Assembly (NCBI GenBank): GCA_035565675.1
Contig: DATMSA010000037.1
Coordinates: 13,173 to 53,172, forward strand
DNA length: 40,000 bases
From: Capillimicrobium sp.
GTDB taxonomy: Bacteria; Actinomycetota; Thermoleophilia; Solirubrobacterales; Solirubrobacteraceae
Direction: 5' to 3'
Position 1 is the first letter of the stretch, and each line of letters opens with the position of its first letter. The position numbers and the translations under genes are program-made. This document shows, piece by piece, positions 25,073 to 35,836 of the stretch. The notes under the pieces were generated by a model that was not told the origin of the DNA, made no database searches, and worked only from the letters and a program-made list of their open reading frames with translations.

Positions 25073-26938
25073 ATGGCAGAAACGGGTGCACGGGTCCACG
25101 AGCAGCGCCGGCACCTCCCCGACGGTCCCGGCGTCTACCTCTTCCACGACGCCAAGGGCAAGGTCATCTACGTCGGCAAGGCGAAGTCGCTGAAGAAGCG
25201 CGTCGCCTCGCACTTCTCCAACCCGGTGACGCGCGGCGCCTACCAGATGACCGAGGAGATCGACTCGGTCGACTACCTGCTGGTGGCCAGCGAGGCGGAG
25301 GCGCTGCTCGTCGAGCAGAACTTCATCAAGCAGTACCAGCCGCGCTTCAACATCCGGCTGCGGGACGACAAGTCGTACCCGTTCATCGCGATCTCGATGG
25401 AGGAGGAGTTCCCGCGCGTCTACTTCACGCGCGAGCGCCATCGCCGCAACCGCCTGTACTTCGGCCCCTACAGCAACGCCAAGCGGGTGCGCGGCACGCT
25501 GGACCTGCTCGGCAAGGTCTTCCAGTTCCGCTCCTGCCAGGGCCCGGAGCCGGGCCGCCGCTCCGGCTCGCCGTGCCTGGACTACTACATCAAGCGCTGC
25601 GGGGCGCCGTGCGTCGGCTACGTCGACCGCGACGGCTACATGGAGGCGATCGACGGCGTGATCGCGTTCCTGTCGGGCCGCTACCGCGAGATCGAGCGCG
25701 ACCTCGAGGCGCGGATGCGGGCCGCGGCCGAGGCGCAGGAGTACGAGCAGGCGGCGCTCGAGCGCAACCGGCTCAACGCGGTCCGCTCGCTGCTGGAGCG
25801 CCAGCGGGTCGCCAACGAGTCGGTCGGCACGCTCGACGCGGTCGCCGTCGCCGTGCAGGGCACCGACGCCAACGCGCAGGTGTTCCAGGTGCGCGACGGC
25901 GTGCTCTCCGACCGCCAGTCGTTCTACCTCTCCAACGAGGGCGAGCGCGACCTCGAGCAGGTCGTCGAGGAGTTCGTCCTGCAGTACTACGCCGAGGCGA
26001 TGTCGATCCCGGCGCAGATCCTCGTCCAGTCCCCGGTGGACCCCTACCTGGGCGAGGCGCTGGCCGAGCGCCGCGGCGGCAAGGTCGAGTTCCGCGTGCC
26101 CGAGCGCGGCGACAAGCGGCGCATCCTCGACCTCGCCGAGCGCAACGCCAAGCTCGCGCTCGACCAGGAGAAGCTGAAGACCGAGCGCCGCCGCCAGCAG
26201 CGCGTCGAGGCGCTCGACGGGTTGCAGCAGGCGCTCGCGCTCGACGCGCTGCCGCTGCGGATCGAGTGCTACGACATCTCGAACCTGATGGGCACCCACC
26301 AGGTCGCCTCGATGGTCGTCTTCGAGGGCGGCGCGCCGAAGAAGAGCGACTACCGCCGCTTCCGCATCCGCGGCAACGAGGAGGGCGTGCCCGACGACTT
26401 CGCGGCGATGGCCGAGGTCCTGGGCCGCCGGCTGGCGCAGTGGGAGCGCCAGGCCGATCTGTCGCCGCACGACCCCGAGTACGACCCGTCGTTCGCGGCG
26501 CTGCCGAACCTCGTCGTCATCGACGGCGGCCCGGGCCAGCTCTCGGCGGGCCTGAGCGTCCTGCAGGGCTTCCGCGATCGCGGCGTCGCCGTGATCTCGC
26601 TGGCCAAGCGGATCGAGGAGGTCTTCCGACCCGGCGTGCGCGAGCCGCTGCGCCTGGCCCACGACACGCCCGAGCTGCAGCTCCTGCAGCGCGTGCGCGA
26701 CGAAGCGCACCGCTTCGCGATCACCCATCACCGCGGCCGCCGCGACCGGGCGATGACGAGCTCGGTCCTCGACGACCTGCCCGGCATCGGCCCGACGCGC
26801 AAGCGCGCGATCCTCAAGCACTTCGGCTCGCCGGAGGCGTTCCTGGCCGCCAGCCGCGAGGAGCTCGAGGCGGTGCCGGGGCTGCCGGGCAAGGTCGCGC
26901 GCGATCTGTGGACGAGCCTGCACAAGACCGGCGTCTGA
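25073..26938 (+). CDS. uvrC: excinuclease ABC subunit C
   Basis: GIY-YIG N-terminus (PGVYLFHDAKGKVIYVGKAKSLKKRV), a UVR domain, the endonuclease V-like domain and a C-terminal (HhH)2 (LDDLPGIGPTRKRAILKHFGS). Confidence 0.92.
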   Translation: MAETGARVHEQRRHLPDGPGVYLFHDAKGKVIYVGKAKSLKKRVASHFSNPVTRGAYQMTEEIDSVDYLLVASEAEALLVEQNFIKQYQPRFNIRLRDDKSYPFIAISMEEEFPRVYFTRERHRRNRLYFGPYSNAKRVRGTLDLLGKVFQFRSCQGPEPGRRSGSPCLDYYIKRCGAPCVGYVDRDGYMEAIDGVIAFLSGRYREIERDLEARMRAAAEAQEYEQAALERNRLNAVRSLLERQRVANESVGTLDAVAVAVQGTDANAQVFQVRDGVLSDRQSFYLSNEGERDLEQVVEEFVLQYYAEAMSIPAQILVQSPVDPYLGEALAERRGGKVEFRVPERGDKRRILDLAERNAKLALDQEKLKTERRRQQRVEALDGLQQALALDALPLRIECYDISNLMGTHQVASMVVFEGGAPKKSDYRRFRIRGNEEGVPDDFAAMAEVLGRRLAQWERQADLSPHDPEYDPSFAALPNLVVIDGGPGQLSAGLSVLQGFRDRGVAVISLAKRIEEVFRPGVREPLRLAHDTPELQLLQRVRDEAHRFAITHHRGRRDRAMTSSVLDDLPGIGPTRKRAILKHFGSPEAFLAASREELEAVPGLPGKVARDLWTSLHKTGV

Positions 26939-26942
26939 CGCG

Positions 26943-27908
26943 GTGGGCAGAATGGAGCGCATGGCCACCACCCCGACCGCCCGGCAGCCGGGCGACAGCC
27001 CGCTCGCCGGCTCGCGGCTGCAGGACCTGGTCGTCATCACCGGCTTCTCGGGGGCGGGCAAGTCGACGGCGATGCAGGTGTTCGAGGACGCCGGCTACTT
27101 CTGCGTCGACAACCTGCCGCCGGAGATGATCCGCGGCCTCGTGGAGCTGTTCGTGCACGAGGGCTCCAAGGTCGAGCACGCGGCGGTGGTGTCCGACGTG
27201 CGCGGCGGCGCCTACTTCGAGACGCTGTCGGCGGTCCTCGACGACCTCGCCGCGCTCGGGGTGCGCCATCGCGTCCTGTTCCTCGACGCCGACGACACGA
27301 CGCTGCTCACCCGCTACAAGGAGACGCGCCGCCGCCACCCGCTGGCGCCCGAGGGCAGCGTCGCGGCCGGCATCGCCGAGGAGCGGCGCATCCTCGCGGG
27401 CGTGCGCGCGCGCACGAACATCGTCACGGTCATCGACACGAGCGGGATCAGCGCCGCGTCGCTGCGCCGCCGCATCGCCGACGAGTTCCTGCCCCGCCAG
27501 GCCAGCACGCGGCTGGCGGTCACGTTCGCCTCGTTCGGCTTCAAGTACGGCCCCGCCCGCGACGCCGACCTCGTCTTCGACGTGCGCTTCCTGCCCAACC
27601 CGCACTACGTCCCCGAGCTGAAGCCGCTCACCGGCCGCGACGCGCGCGTTGTCGAGTACGTCGCGCGCGAGGGCAAGCTCGACCGGTTCTACGGCCACCT
27701 CGAGCCGCTGCTGGACTTCCTGCTGCCCCAGTACGTGGCCGAGGGCAAGTCGCACCTCATGGTCGCGATCGGCTGCACCGGCGGCCGCCACCGCTCGGTC
27801 GCGATCGCCGAGCACCTCGGGGCGCGCTACGCCGACCGCGACGACGTGTGGGTCGAGGTGGCGCACCGCGACATCACGAAGGCCGACCCGCCGCGGCCCC
27901 GCACGTGA
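26943..27908 (+). CDS. rapZ: RNase adapter / P-loop NTPase RapZ (YvcJ family)
   Basis: VVITGFSGAGKSTA, FCVDNLP, FDVRFLPNPHY and IGCTGGRHRSV. The start is ambiguous (GTG 26943, ATG 26952 or ATG 26961). Confidence 0.85.
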   Translation: MGRMERMATTPTARQPGDSPLAGSRLQDLVVITGFSGAGKSTAMQVFEDAGYFCVDNLPPEMIRGLVELFVHEGSKVEHAAVVSDVRGGAYFETLSAVLDDLAALGVRHRVLFLDADDTTLLTRYKETRRRHPLAPEGSVAAGIAEERRILAGVRARTNIVTVIDTSGISAASLRRRIADEFLPRQASTRLAVTFASFGFKYGPARDADLVFDVRFLPNPHYVPELKPLTGRDARVVEYVAREGKLDRFYGHLEPLLDFLLPQYVAEGKSHLMVAIGCTGGRHRSVAIAEHLGARYADRDDVWVEVAHRDITKADPPRPRT

Positions 27909-28264
27909 TCCACCACCTCGGGGTGGAGGTGCGCGACCTCGCCGCCTCCGCGCGCTTCTACGACGCCGTCTTCTTCGCGCTCGGGATCCGGCGCCTGCAC
28001 GAGGCGCCGTCGGCGATCGCCTACGGCGTGATGGAGCCGACGTTCTGGATCGTGCAGCGCGGCCGCCCGCCGGCGCCCGGGTACGGGCACGTCGCCTTCT
28101 CGGCCAGCGGCCGCGCCGCGGTCGAGGCCGCCTACGCGGCGGGCATCGCCCACGGCGGGCGCAGCGACGGCCCGCCCGGCCCGCGGCCCCAGTACGGACC
28201 GCGGACGTTCGCCGCCTACCTGCGCGACCCCGACGGCCTGCGCGTGGAGCTCGTGGCCGGGTAG
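27905..28264 (+). CDS. VOC (glyoxalase/bleomycin-resistance) family protein
   Basis: GTGA overlap with rapZ. IHHLGVEVRDLAASARFYD...HVAF...AYLRDPDGLRVELV matches the VOC fold pattern. Confidence 0.7.
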   Translation: MIHHLGVEVRDLAASARFYDAVFFALGIRRLHEAPSAIAYGVMEPTFWIVQRGRPPAPGYGHVAFSASGRAAVEAAYAAGIAHGGRSDGPPGPRPQYGPRTFAAYLRDPDGLRVELVAG

Positions 28265-28294
28265 AGGCCTCCCGGCACCCGACGCGGGTCCTGA

Positions 28295-29356
<1,062 letters not shown>

Positions 29357-29360
29357 CCGC

Positions 29361-30479
29361 ATGCGGACGCTGGACGACCTCGACGTCGCGGGGCGGCGCG
29401 TACTCGTGCGCGTGGACTTCAACGTCCCGCTGAAGGACGGCGAGATCACGGACGACACGCGCATCCGCTCGGCGCTGCCGACGCTGAGGGAGCTGCGCGA
29501 GAAGGGCGCGGCGAAGCTCCTGCTCGTCTCCCACCTGGGGCGGCCGAAGGGCCAGCCGGTGCCCGAGTACTCGCTGGCGCCGGTGGCCCGGCGCCTGGAG
29601 GAGCTCCTCGGCGTGCCGGTGGGCTTCGGCGAGGACGCCGACGGCGAGGTCGTCCTGCTCGAGAACATCCGCTACGAGCCGGGGGAGACGAAGAACGACC
29701 CCGACCTGGCCCGGCGGCTGGCGGCGCTCGCCGACGTCTACGTCAACGACGCGTTCGGCACCGCGCACCGCGCGCACGCGTCGACCGAGGGCGTGGCCCA
29801 CCTGCTGCCGAGCGCGGCGGGGCGGCTGCTGCAGCGCGAGGTCGAGGCGATCGGCGGGATCATGCAGGACCCGAAGCGGCCGTTCGTGGCCGTCGTCGGC
29901 GGCGCCAAGGTCACCGACAAGATCGGGGTCCTGACGCGCTTCCTGGAGGTCGCCGACGCCGTCCTCATCGGCGGCGCGATGGCGTTCCCGTTCCTGAAGG
30001 CGCAGGGCCACGCGGTCGGCGCGTCGCTGTGCGCCGACGAGGACGTCGAGGCCGCGCGCGGGCTGCTCGGAGACGACAAGCTGAAGCTGCCGGTCGACCT
30101 CGTGCTCGGCCGTGAGTTCTCCGCCGACACCGAGACGCGGGAGCTCGACGGCGTCGACGTGCCCGACGGCTGGATGGGGCTCGACATCGGACCCCGGACG
30201 GCCGCGAGCTACGGCGAGGCGATCGCCGGCGCGGGCACCGTCTGCTGGAACGGGCCGATGGGCGCGTTCGAGCTCGCGCCGTTCGCCGCAGGCACCAAGG
30301 CCGTGGCCGAGGCGGTCGCCGCCTCGCCCGGCACAACCGTCGTGGGCGGCGGCGACTCGGTCGCCGCCGTCGTCCAGTTCGGGCTCGCCGATCGCGTCGA
30401 CCACGTGTCGACGGGCGGCGGTGCCTCGCTGGAGCTGATCGAGGGCAAGGCGTTGCCCGGAGTGGAGGCCCTGAAGTGA
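29361..30479 (+). CDS. pgk: phosphoglycerate kinase
   Basis: VLVRVDFNVP, SHLGRPKG, VNDAFGTAHRAH, GGAKVTDKI and STGGGASLE. Confidence 0.95.
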   Translation: MRTLDDLDVAGRRVLVRVDFNVPLKDGEITDDTRIRSALPTLRELREKGAAKLLLVSHLGRPKGQPVPEYSLAPVARRLEELLGVPVGFGEDADGEVVLLENIRYEPGETKNDPDLARRLAALADVYVNDAFGTAHRAHASTEGVAHLLPSAAGRLLQREVEAIGGIMQDPKRPFVAVVGGAKVTDKIGVLTRFLEVADAVLIGGAMAFPFLKAQGHAVGASLCADEDVEAARGLLGDDKLKLPVDLVLGREFSADTETRELDGVDVPDGWMGLDIGPRTAASYGEAIAGAGTVCWNGPMGAFELAPFAAGTKAVAEAVAASPGTTVVGGGDSVAAVVQFGLADRVDHVSTGGGASLELIEGKALPGVEALK

Positions 30480-31234
30480 GTCGTACGCCCTTCATCGCGG
30501 GCAACTGGAAGATGCACAAGACGATCGCGGAGGCCGAGGCGTACGTCGCTGGCCTGCTGCCGCTCGTCGGCGACGTCGACGGCATCGACGTCGCGCTGTG
30601 CGTGCCGTTCACGGCGCTGCAGGCGGTCGTGGACTCGACGCGCGGATCGAGCGTCGAGGTGTTCGCCCAGAACATGCACTGGGCCGAGCAGGGCGCCTAC
30701 ACCGGGGAGATCTCGGCGGCGATGCTCAACGAGCTCGACGTGCACGGCACGCTGCTCGGCCACAGCGAGCGGCGCGAGCTGTTCGGCGAGACCGACCGCG
30801 CGCTGCAGCAGAAGGTCCCGGCGGCGCTGGAGGCCGGCCTCAAGCCGATGCTGTGCGTCGGCGAGACCGAGGAGGAGCGCGACGCCGGCGAGACCGAGCG
30901 CAAGCTCCGCCACCAGGTCCAGGAGGCGCTGGAGAAGGTGCCGACCGACCGGCTGGCCGAGGTCACGATCGCCTACGAGCCGATCTGGGCGATCGGCACC
31001 GGCAAGGTGGCGACGCCCGAGCAGGCCCAGGAGGCGTGCGGGTTCGTCCGCGCGCTCGTCGCCGGGTTCGACAAGGCGGCGGCCGAGCAGACCCGCATCC
31101 TGTACGGCGGCTCGGTGAAGCCCGAGAACGCCGGCGAGCTGCTCGCGCTCCCGGACATCGACGGCGCGCTCGTCGGCGGGGCCTCGCTGGACCCGGCGTC
31201 GTTCGCGGCGATCGTCGACGCCGTGAGGGCCTGA
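30476..31234 (+). CDS. tpiA: triose-phosphate isomerase
   Basis: GTGA overlap with pgk. IAGNWKMH, GHSERR, AYEPIWAIGTG and YGGSV. Confidence 0.95.
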   Translation: MSRTPFIAGNWKMHKTIAEAEAYVAGLLPLVGDVDGIDVALCVPFTALQAVVDSTRGSSVEVFAQNMHWAEQGAYTGEISAAMLNELDVHGTLLGHSERRELFGETDRALQQKVPAALEAGLKPMLCVGETEEERDAGETERKLRHQVQEALEKVPTDRLAEVTIAYEPIWAIGTGKVATPEQAQEACGFVRALVAGFDKAAAEQTRILYGGSVKPENAGELLALPDIDGALVGGASLDPASFAAIVDAVRA

Positions 31235-31237
31235 CCG

Positions 31238-32710
31238 ATGGCGCCGCTGCCGGTGCCGTCCGTCGTGCTCGTCGTGCTCGACGGCTGGGGGCTGGCGCCG
31301 GAGGGCCCGGGCAACGCGGTCGCGCTCGCCGACACGCCGGTGATGGACGACCTGTGGGCGCGGTTCCCGCACGCGCGGTTGCGCACGTCGGGGCCCGACG
31401 TCGGCCTGCCGCCCGGGCAGATGGGCAACTCCGAGGTCGGGCATCTGAACCTCGGGGCGGGCGCGGTCGTCAAGCAGGACCTGCTGCGCATCGACGAGGC
31501 GCTGGCCGCCGACCCGGTCGACAACGACGTGCTGCGCGCGGCGATGTCGCGCGGCGGGCGCGTGCACCTCATCGGGCTCGTGTCCGACGGCGGCGTGCAC
31601 TCGTCGCTGGACCACCTCGAGGCGCTCGTGCGCCTGGGCCGCGAGGTCGGCGTCGACGACCTCGTCATCCACGCGTTCACCGACGGCCGCGACACCGCGC
31701 CGAAGGCCGGGGTCGGCTACCTGGAGCGGGTCGAGTCGTGGGACGGCGCGCGGGTCGGCTCGGTCATCGGCCGCTACTACGCGATGGACCGCGACAAGCG
31801 CGCCGAGCGCACCGAGGCGGCGCGGGCGCTGCTCGTCGACGGCGTCGCCGAGCACCACGTCGAGCGCGCCAGCGACGCGGCGCGCGAGGCGTACGCGCGC
31901 GGCGAGACCGACGAGTTCATCGTCGCGACCACGGTCGGCCCCGAGGCGCGGATCCGGCCCGAGGACACGGTGATCGCGTTCAACTTCCGGCCCGACCGGA
32001 TGCGCCAGATCACGACGGCGCTGAACCACGATCCCGAGCGGTACGTCACGTTCACCGAGTACGTCGAGGGCTGGCCGTACCCGATCGCGTTCCCGCCGCA
32101 CCGGCCGCAGACGACGCTGACCGCGGTGATCAGCCGCCACGGCCTCAGGCAGCTCCACGTGGCCGAGACCGAGAAGTACCCGCACGTCACCTACTTCTTC
32201 GGCGGGGGCGAGGAGAGCGAGTACGAGGGCGAGGTCCGCCACATGGTGCCCTCGCCGCGCGACGTCCCCACCTACGACCACAAGCCGGCGATGAGCGCGC
32301 CCGAGGCGGCGCGCGCGTTCGTCGACGCGTGGCGCGCCGACGGGTTCGCGTTCGGGATCATCAACTTCGCCAACGCCGACATGGTCGGCCACACCGGCGT
32401 GATCCCGGCCGCGGTCGAGGCCGTCGAGACCGTCGACCGCTGCCTGGGCGAGGTCGTCGCGGCGGTGCAGGAGTCGGGCGGCGTGTGCGTCGTCACCGCC
32501 GACCACGGCAACGCCGACCACATGCTCGAGCCCGACGGGTCGCCGAACACGGCGCACTCGCTCAACCCGGTGCCGCTCGTCGTCACGCTCGACGGGCTCG
32601 TGCTGCGCGAGGAGGGCATCCTCGCCGACGTCGCGCCCACGGTCCTGCAGCTGCTGGGCATCGAGCAGCCGCCCGAGATGACGGGCGAGTCCATGATCGC
32701 CTCCGCCTGA
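31238..32710 (+). CDS. gpmI: 2,3-bisphosphoglycerate-independent phosphoglycerate mutase
   Basis: LDGWG, GNSEVGHLNLGAG, GLVSDGGVHS, NFANADMVGHTG and TADHGNA. Confidence 0.9.
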   Translation: MAPLPVPSVVLVVLDGWGLAPEGPGNAVALADTPVMDDLWARFPHARLRTSGPDVGLPPGQMGNSEVGHLNLGAGAVVKQDLLRIDEALAADPVDNDVLRAAMSRGGRVHLIGLVSDGGVHSSLDHLEALVRLGREVGVDDLVIHAFTDGRDTAPKAGVGYLERVESWDGARVGSVIGRYYAMDRDKRAERTEAARALLVDGVAEHHVERASDAAREAYARGETDEFIVATTVGPEARIRPEDTVIAFNFRPDRMRQITTALNHDPERYVTFTEYVEGWPYPIAFPPHRPQTTLTAVISRHGLRQLHVAETEKYPHVTYFFGGGEESEYEGEVRHMVPSPRDVPTYDHKPAMSAPEAARAFVDAWRADGFAFGIINFANADMVGHTGVIPAAVEAVETVDRCLGEVVAAVQESGGVCVVTADHGNADHMLEPDGSPNTAHSLNPVPLVVTLDGLVLREEGILADVAPTVLQLLGIEQPPEMTGESMIASA

Positions 32711-32722
32711 CGGGCGGGCGCC

Positions 32723-33433
32723 GTGGCCGTCTTCGACGCGCACCTGCACGTCGTCGACCCCCGGTTCCCGCTGGTGGCGAACGACGGGTTCGTCCCGGCG
32801 CCGTTCTCGGTGGACGACTACCGCGCGCGGGTCGCCGGCCTGGACGTCCGCGGCGGGGCGGTCGTCGCCGGGTCGTTCCACGGGACCGACCCGCGCTGGC
32901 TGCTCGACGCGCTCGCGCGCCTGGGGGAGGGGTTCGTCGGCGTCGCCCAGCTCCCGGCCGACGCCGGCGACGAGGAGATCCTCGCCCTCGACCGCGCGGG
33001 GGTGCGCGCGCTGCGCTTCACGCTGCGTCGCGGCGGCCGGCTCGACGAGCGCCTCGCCCGCCGGGCGTGGGAGCTGGCCGGCTGGCACACCGAGCTGTAC
33101 GTCGACGCGCGGGAGCTGCCCGACGTTGCGCTGCCGGCGGTCGTCGTCGACCACCTCGGCCTCTCGCGGGCCGGCCTGCCGGCGCTGCTGGCCGCGGTCG
33201 AGCGCGGCTGGCGGGTGAAGGCGACGGGCTTCTCGCGCGGCGACCTCGACGTGCCCGCGGCGCTGCGGGCGATCGCGGCGGTGGATCCGGGGGCGCTGCT
33301 GTTCGGCACGGACCTGCCCGGCACGCGTGCGCCTGAGCCGTTCCGCGACGCCGACCTCGACCTCGTGCGCGACATCGCCGGCGAGCGGGCGCTGTGGGAC
33401 AACGCGGCGGCGGTCTACCGGGTCGGGTCCTGA
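32723..33433 (+). CDS. amidohydrolase-2 (metal-dependent TIM-barrel hydrolase) family protein
   Basis: FDAHLHV at the N-terminus, VVDHLG and LLFGTDLP. The length and pattern fit PF04909-type hydrolases. Confidence 0.65.
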   Translation: MAVFDAHLHVVDPRFPLVANDGFVPAPFSVDDYRARVAGLDVRGGAVVAGSFHGTDPRWLLDALARLGEGFVGVAQLPADAGDEEILALDRAGVRALRFTLRRGGRLDERLARRAWELAGWHTELYVDARELPDVALPAVVVDHLGLSRAGLPALLAAVERGWRVKATGFSRGDLDVPAALRAIAAVDPGALLFGTDLPGTRAPEPFRDADLDLVRDIAGERALWDNAAAVYRVGS

Positions 33434-33568
33434 GGAGGGAGGAGGAGGGCGGCGGCCCACCGGCTCGCGACTGGGTCAGGGTCGTATGTGAGAGCCGGCG
33501 GACCGCCGCTGGTGCGTCCTAGGGGAGGATGCGCAGGGCCATCCTCCGGCACCTTGCTCAAGGCGAGG

Positions 33569-34207
33569 TCAAGATCCCGTGAAACCTCGCGAAAGCCAGT
33601 CCGGGAGCTCGCGCAGCACCGCGGGGTCGATCGCGTGGGCGATCGGCGACTCGCGGTAGGTGACGTCCGCGCCGGCGTCCTGGAGGCGGTCGCGCGCCTC
33701 GCGGCCGTAGTCGACCGAGATCACCGGGTCGTGCGACCCGTGCGCGATGTACGCCCGCAGCGGGCGCCCGGGGAAGGACCACCCGGGCACCGTCGGGATG
33801 AAGCCGCTCAGCGCGATCACGCCCGCGGGCGCGGGGCGGTCGGGGCCGAGCGCGAGCGCCCAGCTCATGACGGCGCCCTGCGAGAACCCGCCGACGACCG
33901 TGCGCTCGACCGGCACGCCGGTCGCGTCGAGCAGCGCCGCGAGGCGGTCGTAGGAGGCCGCGAACGTCGGCGGGTCGGGGAAGCCGACGCGCGGCACGAC
34001 GTACCAGTGGCGCCCGCCGGGCGGCAGCGCCAGCGGGCCGCCGGCCGTGAGCCCGAGCAGGCGGCGCTCGGGGTCGATCAGGTCCAGCAGCCCGTACAGG
34101 TCGTGCTCGTCGGCGCCGCGGCCGTGCAGCAGCACGAGCGCGCCCTCGGGCTCACCGGCCGCGGGCCGGACGCGATGGTCCAGCGGCGCGGCGACGTCGC
34201 CCCTCAT
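33569..34207 (-). CDS. phospholipase/carboxylesterase family alpha/beta hydrolase
   Basis: LLHGRGADEHDL, the nucleophile elbow GGFSQGAVM and HGSHDPVI. ATGA coupling to the upstream dioxygenase gene. Confidence 0.75.
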   Translation of the reverse strand: MRGDVAAPLDHRVRPAAGEPEGALVLLHGRGADEHDLYGLLDLIDPERRLLGLTAGGPLALPPGGRHWYVVPRVGFPDPPTFAASYDRLAALLDATGVPVERTVVGGFSQGAVMSWALALGPDRPAPAGVIALSGFIPTVPGWSFPGRPLRAYIAHGSHDPVISVDYGREARDRLQDAGADVTYRESPIAHAIDPAVLRELPDWLSRGFTGS

Positions 34208-35130
34208 CGGGTCGCCGCCGTGCGCGTCCGCGGGTTCGTCAGCGGCGTCAGCGCCCGCTCGAGCTCCGGCCGGCGGTCCTCGTACTGCGGCGGCAGCTTC
34301 AGCGCCTCGCCGAGCGATTCGCGCGGCTCGTCGTAGTCGAAGCCGATGTCGCGCGTGGCCAGCTCGAACAGCACGCCGCTGGGCTCGCGGAAGTACACCG
34401 AGTGGAAGTACTGGCGGTCGATGATCGGCGTCGGGCGGGCGCCGGCCTGAAGCGCGGCGCGGGAGACGAGGTCGAGCTCGCCGTCATCGGCGGCCGACCA
34501 GGCGACGTGGTGGACGCTGCCGGCCGACTGGATGCCGGGCTCGGCGGGCGGGGCGTCGTAGGTCAGCAGGGCGCGGCGCTCGTCGCCGGCCAGCTCCCAG
34601 GAGGCGTCGCCGTCGCCGGTGCGGGCGAAGCCGATGCGCTCCAGCAGCGGGACGCTCCGCGCCGGGTCGGCCGCGTAGGCGCGCACGCCGTGGAAGCCCT
34701 GGAGGGCGTGCTCGGCGGGGATGCCGGCGGCGGCCGCCACGAGCGGGCGGTCCGGGACGTCGGCCACGACGAGCTCGTGCTCGAGCCCCTCGGGGTCGGC
34801 GAAGCGCAGCGTGCCCTCGGGCGTGCGGGCGGCGTCGTCCAGGCGCTTCTCCCAGAAGTCGATGGCCTCGGGCGAGCCGACGCGCCACAGGACGCGGTGG
34901 ACCATGCCCGCGCCGGCGCGGCCCGGGCGGGCGCCGGGGAACTCGAAGAACGTGAGGATCGAGCCGGGCGTGCCGGTCTCGTCGCCGAAGTACAGGTGGT
35001 AGACGTCGGGCGCGTCGAAGTTGACGGTCTTCTTGACGAGGCGCAGGCCGAGCGTGCCGGCGTAGTAGTCGACGTTGCGTTGGGCGTCGCCGGTGATGGC
35101 GGTGACGTGGTGCAGTCCCTCGAGTGCCAT
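34204..35130 (-). CDS. ring-cleaving dioxygenase (VOC superfamily, MhqO/YfiE-like)
   Basis: ATG 35130 follows GGGAGAGG. GLHHVTAITGDAQRNVDYY...LGLRLVKKTVNFD.PDVYHLYFGD..G.PG..LTFFEF, with a duplicated VOC module ending HSVYFREPSGVLFELAT. Confidence 0.8.
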   Translation of the reverse strand: MALEGLHHVTAITGDAQRNVDYYAGTLGLRLVKKTVNFDAPDVYHLYFGDETGTPGSILTFFEFPGARPGRAGAGMVHRVLWRVGSPEAIDFWEKRLDDAARTPEGTLRFADPEGLEHELVVADVPDRPLVAAAAGIPAEHALQGFHGVRAYAADPARSVPLLERIGFARTGDGDASWELAGDERRALLTYDAPPAEPGIQSAGSVHHVAWSAADDGELDLVSRAALQAGARPTPIIDRQYFHSVYFREPSGVLFELATRDIGFDYDEPRESLGEALKLPPQYEDRRPELERALTPLTNPRTRTAATR

Positions 35131-35154
35131 GACGTTGTCCTCTCCCGGATGAAG

Positions 35155-35172
35155 TAGTTGCACGCACAACTA
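35155..35172. promoter_or_regulatory. palindrome TAGTTG-N6-CAACTA, candidate MarR operator
   Basis: Perfect 6-bp inverted arms in the 90-bp divergent region between the dioxygenase (start 35130, minus) and the marR-like gene (start 35221, plus). Confidence 0.45.
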
Positions 35173-35220
35173 TATCACGGCGTTGCTACGGTTGCTTGCG
35201 CCGCGAACGATCCGCCCGCC

Positions 35221-35682
35221 ATGTCCTCCTCGTCGACCACCGCCATGCTGAGCCCGCGCGAGCTGCGCGCCTGGCGCGGCCTGCTGCGCGTCCACGCGAA
35301 GCTGGTGAAGGCGCTCGACGCGGAGCTCGAGCGTGAGCACGGGCTGAGCCTCACCACCTACGAGGTGCTGCTCTACCTCAACGACGCCGACGAGGGGCGC
35401 CTGCGCATGCACGATCTCGCCGCCAGCGTCCTGCTGAGCCGCAGCGGCCTCACGCGCCTGGTCGACCGCCTCGAGCGCGACGGCTTCGTCGAGCGCCAGG
35501 CCTGCGACTCCGACGCCCGCGGCTCGTTCGCCGTGATCACCGCCGCCGGCCGCGAGAAGCTCGCCGCCGCGCGCGCCACCCACCTGGACGGCGTCCGCCG
35601 CCACTTCCTCTCCCACCTCGACGACGCCCGCCAGGACCTGCTGGGCGACACGTGGGAGCAGGTCCTCGACGGCGCCGCCTGA
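35221..35682 (+). CDS. MarR-family transcriptional regulator
   Basis: LSLTTYEVLLYL......RMHDLAASVLLSRSGLTRLVDRLERDGFVER..C.SDARG is a winged-HTH MarR pattern. I prefer ATG 35221 to the ORF-track start at 35158. Confidence 0.8.
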   Translation: MSSSSTTAMLSPRELRAWRGLLRVHAKLVKALDAELEREHGLSLTTYEVLLYLNDADEGRLRMHDLAASVLLSRSGLTRLVDRLERDGFVERQACDSDARGSFAVITAAGREKLAAARATHLDGVRRHFLSHLDDARQDLLGDTWEQVLDGAA

Positions 35683-35806
35683 GCGCCTCGTCGCCCCGCG
35701 CCCACCGCGCCCGCGCGCCGTTGTCGGTTCGCGATCGCAGAGCGAGCTCGATCCGACAACGGTGGCGTCGCGCTGGGCGCGTGCTGCATTCCTTCGCGCA
35801 GAAGAC

Positions 35807-35836
35807 TTGACATCGAGAGACTGAGATTTCTATACT
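35807..35836 (+). promoter_or_regulatory. near-consensus sigma70-type promoter (TTGACA-18 nt-TATACT) for hsp20
   Basis: Read directly. It sits in a locally AT-richer stretch, 39 nt upstream of ATG 35875, which is preceded by GAGGAGG. Confidence 0.6.

Noticed and set aside
21367-27129. 1920-aa ORF on the plus strand
   Set aside because: It runs antisense to the oxidoreductase and recQ and out of frame through uvrC. The product is Arg/Gly/Ala/Pro-rich with no motifs. It is a GC artefact.
30209-33460. 1083-aa minus-strand ORF
   Set aside because: It is antisense to the pgk 3' end, tpiA, gpmI and the amidohydrolase, all of which have unmistakable motifs. It has no domain signal.
33488-34336. 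282-aa plus-strand ORF between the amidohydrolase and the MarR module
   Set aside because: It is antisense to the carboxylesterase, which has the GFSQG nucleophile elbow and HG...D motifs. Its translation is Arg/Gly/Ala-rich junk.
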